Source: Minisyncoccia bacterium
Lineage (GTDB): Bacteria > Patescibacteriota > Minisyncoccia > Phycocordibacterales > UBA9973
Assembly: GCA_038244685.1 (NCBI GenBank)
Contig: JBBRTD010000004.1
Span: 1 to 48,797, forward strand
DNA: 48,797 bases
Reading direction: 5' to 3'
The position numbers and the translations under genes were made by a program. Every line of letters starts with the position of its first letter. Within the stretch, counting starts at the first letter, position 1. The notes under the pieces were generated by a model that saw only the letters and a program-made list of their open reading frames with translations, was not told the origin of the DNA and did no database searches. This document shows, piece after piece, positions 36,128-44,323 of the stretch.

Positions 36128-38089
36128 ATGTACATAGTAACTGTTATTCCGATTCAAAAAGGATTTCAAAGAGAAAATCTAACTTATTTCTCACCGACAG
36201 AGATTCCGCTTGGAAGTATAGTTTCTATTCCACTACGTTCAAAGACGGCAGATGCCATAGTTATTGATGTAGAAAGTGCGCGGGATTTAAAATACGACCT
36301 AAAAAAAGCCGATTTTCAATTAAAAAAAATAGTAAGCGTAAAAGGATCATCACCATTCTCTAATTCGTTCTTTATTGCTTGTGAAAAAATGAAAGATTAT
36401 ACAGTCAGCAATACAGGCGTCATTATTAAAACATTACTACCTGCGGTTTTTCTTGAAAACGTAAAAGATCTTAAAAAAATTAAAAAAAATGAAGATGAAG
36501 TAAAGGAAAGAGAATCAGAAAATGTTAAACAAGATAAATTAATCTTTCAAGCACTAACTCCTGATCGTATGAGTTGGTATCGAACTTTAATCAGAGAGGC
36601 TTTCGCAAAGAAACAATCCGTATTTATATGTGTCCCTACACGCTTTGATATTGAACAATTAAAAATTGAATTAACTAAAGGTATTAGTCAGTATGTCTTT
36701 TCTTTCCATGCTGATTTAGGTAAAAAAAATCTTATTAATACTTATAATTCTTGCATTAATGAGCCTCATCCTATCCTTATTATTGGAACTGGAATGTTTT
36801 TATCTATTCCACGTCATGATATTAAAACTATTATTGTAGAACATGAAAATTCAGATGCGTACAAACAGTTTAATAGACCATTTATTGATATCAGAACTTT
36901 TGCTGAAATATTATCTTCTGTCGATAAAATTAAATTAATATTTGGTGACACATTACTTAGACCGGACACACTTCATAGACATGACATCGGAGAATTAGGA
37001 GAAGTTGCTTCTCCTCTATTCAGACTGCCACAGGCGGAAAGACAAATGGTTATAGATATGAAAGAACAAGTAGATGAGAAAGGTGCAAAAACTTTTGCTG
37101 TTCTATCTGACACCACCCAAAAAATGATTGCCTACGCAATAGAACATAATGAATCAGTTTTATTGTTTACAATAAGAAAAGGTCTTGCTGGTGTAACAGT
37201 CTGCCATGATTGCGGATCTACTCTTCTTTGCCCAACCTGCGCTACTCCTGTAGTTCTTTATGGTTCAAAGCAAAGAAGTGCAACCAAAATAGTAAATTCG
37301 CGTATATTCATGTGCAATAAATGCGGATATAAAGATACGACCGAAGTCAGATGTGGAATATGTCAAAGCTGGAATCTTACTCCCTTAGGCATTGGAACTG
37401 ATAGGGTTTATGAAGAAGTCAGGAGGTTATTCCCAAATAGTAAAATAATTCAAATGGATAAGGAAACTGTCCCAACAGACAAAGAAGCAAGAATAGCCAT
37501 GGTTGAATTTTATAAAAACCCTGGAAGTATATTAATTGGAACTGAAATGGTTTTCTCATATATAAATACTGAAGTCACCCACAGCGCAATTATTTCACTA
37601 GATGGACTACTCTCAATTCCTAGTTTTAATATTACTCAAAAAATTTTACATATAATGGAAAAGCTTCATGAAATAACTAAGCGTAATTTAATTATTCAAA
37701 CTCGTATACCAGAAAATCCAATCTTAGAGCACATTTTAAATGGAAATGTTCTTCCTCTTTATCGTGAAGATTTAAAAGAAAGAAAACAATTTGGATACCC
37801 ACCATTCAAAAGATTAATAAAAATAACTTTTACAGGTTCAGCTCCAGATACAGAGAAAGCTCGTTCTTTTATTGACCGTTACTTGGGAGGATATGAACCA
37901 CAAATATTTAGTGCCTTTGTCGGCAAGGTTAAAGGACAATATGTTACTAATACTGTAATTAAAATTGACCCATCTCTTTGGCCACTACCCATAGATGATA
38001 AAAAAACTATTAGTACTCATTTGTCTGAAAACCTGTATCGTCTATCACCAGCATTCGCTATTAATGTAGACCCAGAGGATTTATTATAA
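36128..38089 (+). CDS. priA: primosomal protein N' (PriA) with degenerate helicase motifs I and II
   Basis: 653 aa. The Cys-rich zinc region (CHDCGSTLLCPTCATPVVLY...CNKCGY...CGICQS) and the C-terminal YPPF are conserved. The Walker A position reads ALTPDRMSW and the DEEH position reads VEHEN. Confidence 0.8.
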   Translation: MYIVTVIPIQKGFQRENLTYFSPTEIPLGSIVSIPLRSKTADAIVIDVESARDLKYDLKKADFQLKKIVSVKGSSPFSNSFFIACEKMKDYTVSNTGVIIKTLLPAVFLENVKDLKKIKKNEDEVKERESENVKQDKLIFQALTPDRMSWYRTLIREAFAKKQSVFICVPTRFDIEQLKIELTKGISQYVFSFHADLGKKNLINTYNSCINEPHPILIIGTGMFLSIPRHDIKTIIVEHENSDAYKQFNRPFIDIRTFAEILSSVDKIKLIFGDTLLRPDTLHRHDIGELGEVASPLFRLPQAERQMVIDMKEQVDEKGAKTFAVLSDTTQKMIAYAIEHNESVLLFTIRKGLAGVTVCHDCGSTLLCPTCATPVVLYGSKQRSATKIVNSRIFMCNKCGYKDTTEVRCGICQSWNLTPLGIGTDRVYEEVRRLFPNSKIIQMDKETVPTDKEARIAMVEFYKNPGSILIGTEMVFSYINTEVTHSAIISLDGLLSIPSFNITQKILHIMEKLHEITKRNLIIQTRIPENPILEHILNGNVLPLYREDLKERKQFGYPPFKRLIKITFTGSAPDTEKARSFIDRYLGGYEPQIFSAFVGKVKGQYVTNTVIKIDPSLWPLPIDDKKTISTHLSENLYRLSPAFAINVDPEDLL

Positions 38090-38161
38090 TAGTTGACAAA
38101 AATGTAATAAGTTGTAAACTATAGAAAATGTATTTTTCCAAACTCATTAAATTAGAATAAA

Positions 38162-38443
38162 ATGAAGCAAAAAAACACTAAGGTTGTAGTGATGCCATTT
38201 TTCTTTCTGCATGGAGGGAAAATAGTAAAACTAATTGAGACTGATGTAAACGTCTCAATCGCGATGGATTTACTGGGGAATCGATTCCCTGTCGCAACAA
38301 AACATTTAGAGATCATGCCTACATGTAAAAATGAGGTATGCACAGACTTAAGCTATTGCTCTTGTCAAAATCGAGAAAGCATTAATTGTAAGTCCTACTT
38401 TTGTTTCGATTATAAAAAGTTAGATTTATCAATAGTAGTGTAA
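38162..38443 (+). CDS. hypothetical small Cys-rich protein (doubtful)
   Basis: The 93-aa ORF is the only one in a 496-nt gap and is followed by a terminator. I recognise no motif. Confidence 0.3.
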   Translation: MKQKNTKVVVMPFFFLHGGKIVKLIETDVNVSIAMDLLGNRFPVATKHLEIMPTCKNEVCTDLSYCSCQNRESINCKSYFCFDYKKLDLSIVV

Positions 38444-38471
38444 TTTTAAAAACAGACCCTCTTAAATAGAT

Positions 38472-38496
38472 ACCCTCTATTTCAAGAGGGTTTTCT
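38472..38496 (+). terminator. intrinsic terminator
   Basis: The stem accctct (38472-38478) pairs with agagggt (38485-38491) and is followed by ttttc. Confidence 0.7.
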
Positions 38497-38585
38497 ATTG
38501 AAAGAACAGCAATGCATTAAATAATAATATATGTCTAGTCTACTCTTGCTTGAAATATAAAGTTGTGATATCATAAGCCCCATAT

Positions 38586-38837
38586 ATGATTACCGTAATT
38601 GAAGTAAAAAAGAATACAAATGAGAACAATATGAATCTTGTTCGCAGATTCACTCGTAAGGTTCAAGAGTCTGGAATTATTCAAAAAGTTAAAAGTAAGC
38701 GTTATAACGAAAGAGCTGAATCAAAAATTAAAACAAAGATTGCAACTCTAAAAAGAATCAATCGTAAAAAAGTTTTAGAAAAGTTACAGAAGTTAGGAAA
38801 AGCTCCAATTCAAGTTAAACGCGGAGGACATCGTTAA
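38586..38837 (+). CDS. rpsU: 30S ribosomal protein S21
   Basis: 83 aa and basic, with the LVRRFTRKVQESGIIQKVKSKRYNE pattern. Confidence 0.82.
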   Translation: MITVIEVKKNTNENNMNLVRRFTRKVQESGIIQKVKSKRYNERAESKIKTKIATLKRINRKKVLEKLQKLGKAPIQVKRGGHR

Positions 38838-38887
38838 TAATCTGTCGCGTTTTAAAGACACTACGCGACACGATTTTGCAAAATCGC

Positions 38888-39274
38888 ATGATAGAGACAG
38901 AATTCTGTACAATTACAAATACAACAAAAGGCAAGCCCCCACGCTTGCCTTTTGTCTATATGAAAGAGGCCGTCTTAGGTAAAAAGTATGAATTAGGTGT
39001 CAGCTTCCTCTCCCCTAAAAAACAAAAAGAGATAAATCTAAAATATAGATCTATAAATAAAACAACAAATATTTTATCTTTCCCTTTAACTAAAACATCC
39101 GGTGATATCACTTTTGATTTAGCAAAAGTAAAACGAGATGCGCCACTTTTTGATATGTCATATCCAAAATTTCTGAAGTATTTATTTATACACGGCCTCT
39201 TGCATTTGAAAGGATTCGATCATAGTAGTATAATGGAAAAACAAGAACAAAAATTTCTTAAAATGTTTTCGTAA
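38888..39274 (+). CDS. ybeY: rRNA maturation endoribonuclease YbeY
   Basis: It has the HGLLHLKGFDH zinc motif. I start it at the ATG at 38888, since the track start at 38876 is a TTG inside the rpsU terminator hairpin. Confidence 0.88.
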   Translation: MIETEFCTITNTTKGKPPRLPFVYMKEAVLGKKYELGVSFLSPKKQKEINLKYRSINKTTNILSFPLTKTSGDITFDLAKVKRDAPLFDMSYPKFLKYLFIHGLLHLKGFDHSSIMEKQEQKFLKMFS

Positions 39275-39285
39275 TTTCTTTTGTA

Positions 39286-40461
39286 ATGATTAAAAATAAT
39301 ATAAACGTGGGAATCGATATAGGAACCCATACTACAAAAGTAGTAGTGATTGGATACGACAAGGAGACAAACTCCCCTTGTTTCATTGCATCTGGAACTT
39401 CAGACACGGCCGGAATGAGATTAGGATACATTACAAATATTGACCAAGTGGGAGAAAGTATTAAAAAAGCTGTTAAGCAAGCTGAGTCATTTTTGGGAGG
39501 AGTTAAAATTAAAAAAGCTTGTGTTTCAATAGGAGGTATTAGCTTAAGCTCTTCTGTTTCAACAGGATCGGTTATTATTTCTAGAGCTGACCAAGAGATA
39601 ACTCAATTAGATATTTCAAAAGCCTTAGCTTCAAGTGAGGAAAATTTAGATATCATAAATAAAAAAATTATACATATCATACCTATCGCATATAAATTAG
39701 ACGGTAAGGATATTCATGGCCGCCCAGAAGGAATGCATGGTATTAAACTAGAAGTTAAAACTTTGTTTATTACTTGCCTTAAACAAAATATTGAAGATTT
39801 AATAACAGCCTTGGGCATTGCAAATATCGAAGCCATAGACGTTGTGGCAACACCTATTGCACTTTCAACCGTAATACTAAATACTAAGCAAAAAACAGCA
39901 GGCTGTGCATTAGTTGATATTGGAGCAGAGACAGTTTCTGTTTCTGTTTTTGAAAATAACCTACTTATATCCTTACAGGTTTATTCTATTGGTAGCATGG
40001 ATATTACAAAAGACGTTGCTCTTGGTTTTAAAATTGCTCTTGAAGAAGCTGAAAGTGTGAAGCTTGGTAGTGTCTTAGGTGGAGATTATCCAAAGAAAAA
40101 AGTTGATGAAATTATAGAAGCAAGACTAGGTGACATATTTGAACTCGTAGAAAATAGTCTTAAGCGAATTAAGCGCAACGAACTTCTTCCTGCTGGAATA
40201 ATTATTACAGGTGGAGGAGCTCACATAGCCAAGATAGAAGAAATTGCTAGAAAGCAATTAAACCTTCCTGCAAAAGTAGGACCAGTAGATACGACCATGA
40301 ACTCAAAACTTAAGATAAAAGATGCCTCTTGGTACGGAGCCTATGGACTTGCCATTTCCCCCTCTCAAGGCAGTAATGGAAATATGCAAAACTCTCTCGG
40401 TGATAGCGTAAAACAAGTTAAAGGATTTTTTAAATCTATTTTTTCTCAACTTTTACCTTAA
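39286..40461 (+). CDS. ftsA: cell division protein FtsA
   Basis: It has VGIDIGTHTTKVVV, LVDIGAETVSVSV and ITGGGAHI motifs, and lies immediately upstream of ftsZ. Confidence 0.88.
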   Translation: MIKNNINVGIDIGTHTTKVVVIGYDKETNSPCFIASGTSDTAGMRLGYITNIDQVGESIKKAVKQAESFLGGVKIKKACVSIGGISLSSSVSTGSVIISRADQEITQLDISKALASSEENLDIINKKIIHIIPIAYKLDGKDIHGRPEGMHGIKLEVKTLFITCLKQNIEDLITALGIANIEAIDVVATPIALSTVILNTKQKTAGCALVDIGAETVSVSVFENNLLISLQVYSIGSMDITKDVALGFKIALEEAESVKLGSVLGGDYPKKKVDEIIEARLGDIFELVENSLKRIKRNELLPAGIIITGGGAHIAKIEEIARKQLNLPAKVGPVDTTMNSKLKIKDASWYGAYGLAISPSQGSNGNMQNSLGDSVKQVKGFFKSIFSQLLP

Positions 40462-40604
40462 TCTTTATATAAAACAAAACAAATGGAACATTCTGTCAAA
40501 TGTTTCCTTTTTGTGAATTTCTGGTATTATGTACTAAGTAATTTATTATTAATGAGCATACTTTCTTCGCCGTCAGTAATGATGCCAGAGGATGCTATAA
40601 ACAT

Positions 40605-41795
40605 ATGCCTAAAATCAATCCAGACATAGAATCATTTGCGAGAATTAAAGTTATCGGTATTGGCGGTTCAGGCAAAAACGCCTTAAACCATATGATAGCT
40701 TCGAAAGTTAAGGGTGTCGAATTCATAGTAATGAATACTGATACTCAAGACTTACACAACTCCTTAGCCGAAAAGAAGGTGCATCTTGGTAAGAACTTAA
40801 CTAAAGGCTTAGGTGCTGGTATGAATCCAGAAATAGGTCGCCGTGCAGCAGAAGAAACTAAAGCTGAAATTCAAGATGTTATCAAAGGAGCCGACATGGT
40901 CTTTATTGCTTGTGGTATGGGTGGTGGTACCGGTACAGGTGCTGCTCCTATTGTTGCTCAAGCTGCTAAAGAACAAGGCATCCTAACTGTAGCCGTAGTA
41001 ACAAAGCCATTTTCATTTGAAGGAAATCAACGTATGAAATTAGCAGAAATGGGTCTTTCTGAACTTGAACGTGAAGTAGATGCTATTCTTGTAATTCCAA
41101 ACGACAGACTTATTGTTATTTCAGGTAAAGACGTAGGCTTTAGACAAGCTTTCGCTTTGTGTGATGAAGTACTTAAACAAGCAGTAGAAGGCATATCAGA
41201 GCTTATTACAACTCCTGGTATGATAAATGTAGACTTTGCTGATATTAAGGCTGTTATGTCTGATGCAGGAAGTGCATTAATGGGAGTAGGTATAGCCGCT
41301 GGAGAAGGCAGAGCTGAGAAAGCAGCCCTTCAAGCTATTAATTCCCCTCTTCTTGATCTTTCTATTTCTGGAGCCAAAGGAGTTCTCTTTGCAATTTCGG
41401 GTGGTGACGATTTAACTATTCATGAAATTCAAGAAGCAGCTAAGGTTATTACAGAATCTATCGACAAAGAAGCTAAGGTTATATTCGGAACTATCAGTGA
41501 TGATAAACTTAAAAAAGGTGAGATGAAAGTAACAGTTATTGCTACTGGATTCCCTACCGATATGCCAAAGCGTTCACTATTTCAAATCCATCAAAAGTCA
41601 GTTGAATCAACAGTGGCTACTTCTACAAAAGAAGAAGTTATCCAAGCAGTAAACAATAAAGATTCAATTAAAGATAATTCATCAGAATACATAAAGAAAA
41701 ACGACAAAGTAGAAAAAGTAGAAGATGATCTATTCATAGACGATACCGATGATTGGAGTACGGTTCCAGCATTTTTAAGAAGAAATAAGAAGTAA
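40605..41795 (+). CDS. ftsZ: cell division protein FtsZ
   Basis: It has GIGGSGKNA, the GGGTGTGAAP tubulin signature, and a C-terminal DDWSTVPAFLRR peptide. Confidence 0.98.
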   Translation: MPKINPDIESFARIKVIGIGGSGKNALNHMIASKVKGVEFIVMNTDTQDLHNSLAEKKVHLGKNLTKGLGAGMNPEIGRRAAEETKAEIQDVIKGADMVFIACGMGGGTGTGAAPIVAQAAKEQGILTVAVVTKPFSFEGNQRMKLAEMGLSELEREVDAILVIPNDRLIVISGKDVGFRQAFALCDEVLKQAVEGISELITTPGMINVDFADIKAVMSDAGSALMGVGIAAGEGRAEKAALQAINSPLLDLSISGAKGVLFAISGGDDLTIHEIQEAAKVITESIDKEAKVIFGTISDDKLKKGEMKVTVIATGFPTDMPKRSLFQIHQKSVESTVATSTKEEVIQAVNNKDSIKDNSSEYIKKNDKVEKVEDDLFIDDTDDWSTVPAFLRRNKK

Positions 41796-41817
41796 AAAAA
41801 TTCTAAATAAGATAAAT

Positions 41818-41933
41818 AAAACCCTAAATAATTTTTATCAAAGGGGCATGCGCAAGGCCGATGGGCCGAGCAATGAGGAAATTTTCAACAGAAAATTATC
41901 CGGACCCTTTGAAAAAATATTATTTAGGGTTTT
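41818..41933. repeat. GC-rich structured module, subfamily 1, copy B, at the apex of a long AT-rich hairpin (ftsZ-trxB spacer)
   Basis: The outer arm aaaaccctaaataatttttatcaaaggg pairs with ccctttgaaaaaatattatttagggtttt. The core 41847-41907 is catgcgcaaggccgatgggccgagcaatgaggaaattttcaacagaaaattatccgga. Confidence 0.85.
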
Positions 41934-41975
41934 ATTATTTTGTATATTTTAATATTTTAGTATAAAATAACTAAC

Positions 41976-42902
41976 ATGTACGATTTAATTATATTAGGTG
42001 GAGGACCTGCCGGTAGTGCCGCTGCGGTCTACTCTGCCCGCAAACAACTTAAAGGAGCTATCATAACCAGTGAATTTGGTGGTCAATCTATGGTCTCAGA
42101 GCTTATCTATAACTGGATTGGAACTCCAGAGATTTCTGGTATGGACCTTGCTTCTAATTTAAAAAAACATGTCCAATATTATAAAGGACCCTATTTAGAT
42201 ATAATCGAAGGAGAAAAAATAACCTCGATTATTAAAAATGAAAATATATTTACGGTTAAATCAGAAACAGGCAAAGAATTTACTTCCAAAACAATTCTGA
42301 TCTCAACCGGCAGTGGAAGAAGAAAACTCGAAGCTATTAATGCCGACAAGTATGAGCACAAAGGAATTACTTATTGTGCTTCATGTGATGGACCGATGTT
42401 TGATGGCCAAGATGTTATTGTTGTCGGTGGTGGGAATGCAGCCTTTGAGTCAGCGGCTCAACTTCTAGCCTATTGCAAAAGTGTTACATTAATCCACAGA
42501 AGAGATACATTCAGAGCAGACGAAATTACAGTTAAAAAATTACTTGAAAATCCTAAATTTAAAACAATAGTTAATGCCGAGATAATAAGAGTTGATGGAG
42601 AACAATTTGTAAATTCCCTTACCTATAAAGATAAATTATCAGGAGAAGAACATACAATCAATTCCAATGGAATATTTGTAGAAATAGGACAAATCCCTAA
42701 TATTGAATTCGCAAAAGACATTGTTAAGATAGATACAAATGGCAAGATTATTGTCGATCCTATGACTCAAACAACTTCAAATGAAGGTATCTGGGCTGCT
42801 GGAGATTGCACAAATGGAAGATATCATCAGAATAATATAGCTGTTGGAGATGCCGTTAAGGCATTGGAAGATATATACCTTTGGATACAAAAGAATAAAT
42901 AG
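41976..42902 (+). CDS. trxB: thioredoxin-disulfide reductase
   Basis: It has GGGPAGSAAA, the CASCDG redox centre, and GGGNAAFE. Confidence 0.94.
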   Translation: MYDLIILGGGPAGSAAAVYSARKQLKGAIITSEFGGQSMVSELIYNWIGTPEISGMDLASNLKKHVQYYKGPYLDIIEGEKITSIIKNENIFTVKSETGKEFTSKTILISTGSGRRKLEAINADKYEHKGITYCASCDGPMFDGQDVIVVGGGNAAFESAAQLLAYCKSVTLIHRRDTFRADEITVKKLLENPKFKTIVNAEIIRVDGEQFVNSLTYKDKLSGEEHTINSNGIFVEIGQIPNIEFAKDIVKIDTNGKIIVDPMTQTTSNEGIWAAGDCTNGRYHQNNIAVGDAVKALEDIYLWIQKNK

Positions 42903-42903
42903 A

Positions 42904-43018
42904 AAAAAACCTTAATTAATTATTATCGAGGGGCGTGCGCAAGACCGACGGGCCGAGCAATGAGGAAATTTCTAGCAAGAAATTATCCGGACCCGAGATA
43001 AAATTAATTAAGGTTTTT
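42904..43018. repeat. GC-rich structured module, subfamily 1, copy C, filling the whole trxB / nucleotidyltransferase convergent spacer
   Basis: The outer arm aaaaaccttaattaattattatcgaggg pairs with cccgagataaaattaattaaggttttt. The 65-nt core is 57/65 identical to copy B. Confidence 0.85.
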
Positions 43019-43778
43019 AGTTACTCTGATTATCTAAAATTTCTTCAAGAATTTCAAGTTCGGCTTTCGTATTTGGTTGAAATATTTCCATCATATTAGA
43101 AACTGGAATAGCTTTTATCTTATGACCTCCTTCTTGAGCTATTTTTACCAAATCAGTAATGTAATATTCTCCTTGAGCATTTAAATTTTTTAATTTATCT
43201 ATATTATTCCAAAGCCACTTTGCATCAAAAGCATAGATAGCTGGATTAATTTCTTTAATTTTTCTTTCTTCTTCTGTCGCATCTTTATGTTCAGTAATTT
43301 TTATGACTTCGCCATTTTCGTCACGAATTATTCTACCAAGGAAATAGGCTCCAGCTCTCCAGTCTTCAAAATCAGGTAGCACTACTGTCCCCATTGTTAT
43401 GACTGATTTTTCTTTATTATATGCATCAATAACATCATTTATTGTTTCCTTTGAAATTAATGGTTGGTCTGCCGAAACAACAAAAACCATTTCATGGTCA
43501 GGATGAACAGAATTCTTGGCAGACAAAACAGCATGACCAGTTCCTAGTTGTTCTTCTTGATGAGCATAATTATAACCTCTTCCTATAACATCGAAAATTC
43601 TTTCCTTTTTATAACCGACAACAATAACAGGATCAATCGGTAAATTTATAAATGATAAAGTATCTAAAATATGTCTTAAAAATGGTTTACCCTTAAGCAT
43701 AGCAAGAGCTTTGGGCTCGTCTGTTCCCATTCTTTTACCCTTTCCTGCAGCTAAAATTATTATTTGTGTTTTTTTCAT
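43017..43778 (-). CDS. sugar-1-phosphate nucleotidyltransferase (GlmU N-terminal-domain-like, no LbH acetyltransferase domain)
   Basis: 253 aa with [19 protein letters not shown] and YYITD motifs. Confidence 0.78.
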   Translation of the reverse strand: MKKTQIIILAAGKGKRMGTDEPKALAMLKGKPFLRHILDTLSFINLPIDPVIVVGYKKERIFDVIGRGYNYAHQEEQLGTGHAVLSAKNSVHPDHEMVFVVSADQPLISKETINDVIDAYNKEKSVITMGTVVLPDFEDWRAGAYFLGRIIRDENGEVIKITEHKDATEEERKIKEINPAIYAFDAKWLWNNIDKLKNLNAQGEYYITDLVKIAQEGGHKIKAIPVSNMMEIFQPNTKAELEILEEILDNQSN

Positions 43779-43796
43779 ATGAATTAAATAAATATA

Positions 43797-43948
43797 AACG
43801 ACGAGTGTTTTATATACAGGATTCTCGCCCTACGGTCGCTGGTATTTTTCGGCCTCATAAATTCGGCAACGAAAAATCTTTCGACTCCTGTGCGCAAATG
43901 AAGAAGTTCATTTGCTATCGCTCGTAAAAATTACATGAGTAATTTTTG
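43797..43948. other. GC-enriched, hairpin-dense spacer (candidate structured RNA or divergent module) between tRNA-Val and the nucleotidyltransferase gene
   Basis: A perfect 9-bp hairpin is formed by gcaaatgaa (43893-43901) / ttcatttgc (43906-43914). A second hairpin is atttttcg (43844-43851) / cgaaaaat (43870-43877). Possible closing helices are acgag/ctcgt and cagga/tcctg. The segment tcgactcctgtgcgca (43881-43896) is an inverted near-copy of the tRNA-Val 3' end. Confidence 0.45.
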
Positions 43949-44021
43949 TGCGCGATACAGGAGTCGAACCTGTGACCTACCCCACGTCAAGGGGTCGCTC
44001 TACCAACTGAGCTAACCGCGC
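43949..44021 (-). tRNA. tRNA-Val (anticodon GAC)
   Basis: A manual cloverleaf fits GCGCGGT/ATCGCGC acceptor, GCTC/GAGC D-stem, ACCCC-TTGACGT-GGGGT anticodon arm and ACAGG-TTCGACT-CCTGT T-arm. It is 73 nt and CCA is not encoded. Confidence 0.9.
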
Positions 44022-44057
44022 AATTATATATTGATTATTTGAATACTTCCTATTTTG

Positions 44058-44144
44058 CGGAAGCGGTGAGATTTGAACTCACGATACGGTTTCCCATATG
44101 CCGCTTTTCGAGAGCGGTGCCTTCAACCACTCAGCCACGCTTCC
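44058..44144 (-). tRNA. tRNA-Ser (anticodon CGA)
   Basis: A manual fold fits GGAAGCG/CGCTTCC acceptor, CCGCT-CTCGAAA-AGCGG anticodon arm, a long variable arm, and a GTGAG-TTCAAAT-CTCAC T-arm. It is 87 nt. Confidence 0.88.
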
Positions 44145-44214
44145 GTATGTCATGAAGCCACACCTCCCTTTACCATCAGATTATACAGAATAAGCCTATA
44201 ATTATCAAGGCTTC

Positions 44215-44271
44215 ATAGGTCCAATGCTAGAGAGGTCCAGACTAGCAGAGGTACAACATAATAGAGGTCCA
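44215..44271. repeat. four 9-mers (AGAGGTCCA and variants; TGGACCTCT on the minus strand) at an exact 16-nt period
   Basis: The copies are ataggtcca at 44215, agaggtcca at 44231, agaggtaca at 44247 and agaggtcca at 44263. The 7-nt spacers are unrelated to each other. Confidence 0.8.
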
Positions 44272-44323
44272 ACCTCGAAGTAAGAGATTGTACATCTATT
44301 ACTTAATCTAATGGTTATTGATC

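Noticed and set aside
41847-41907. A hammerhead or other known small self-cleaving ribozyme within the modules.
   Set aside because: I looked for the CUGANGA...GAAA...UH core on both strands. Only a loose AAUGAGG is present next to the hairpin, with no properly placed GAAA or cleavage-site helix. I cannot exclude other ribozyme classes without a covariance-model search.
43881-43896. A plus-strand tRNA, tmRNA or tRNA pseudogene suggested by ttcgactcctgtgcgca.
   Set aside because: There is no 5' T-stem partner, no anticodon arm and no acceptor 5' strand upstream. It is only a 16-nt inverted fragment of the neighbouring tRNA-Val 3' end.
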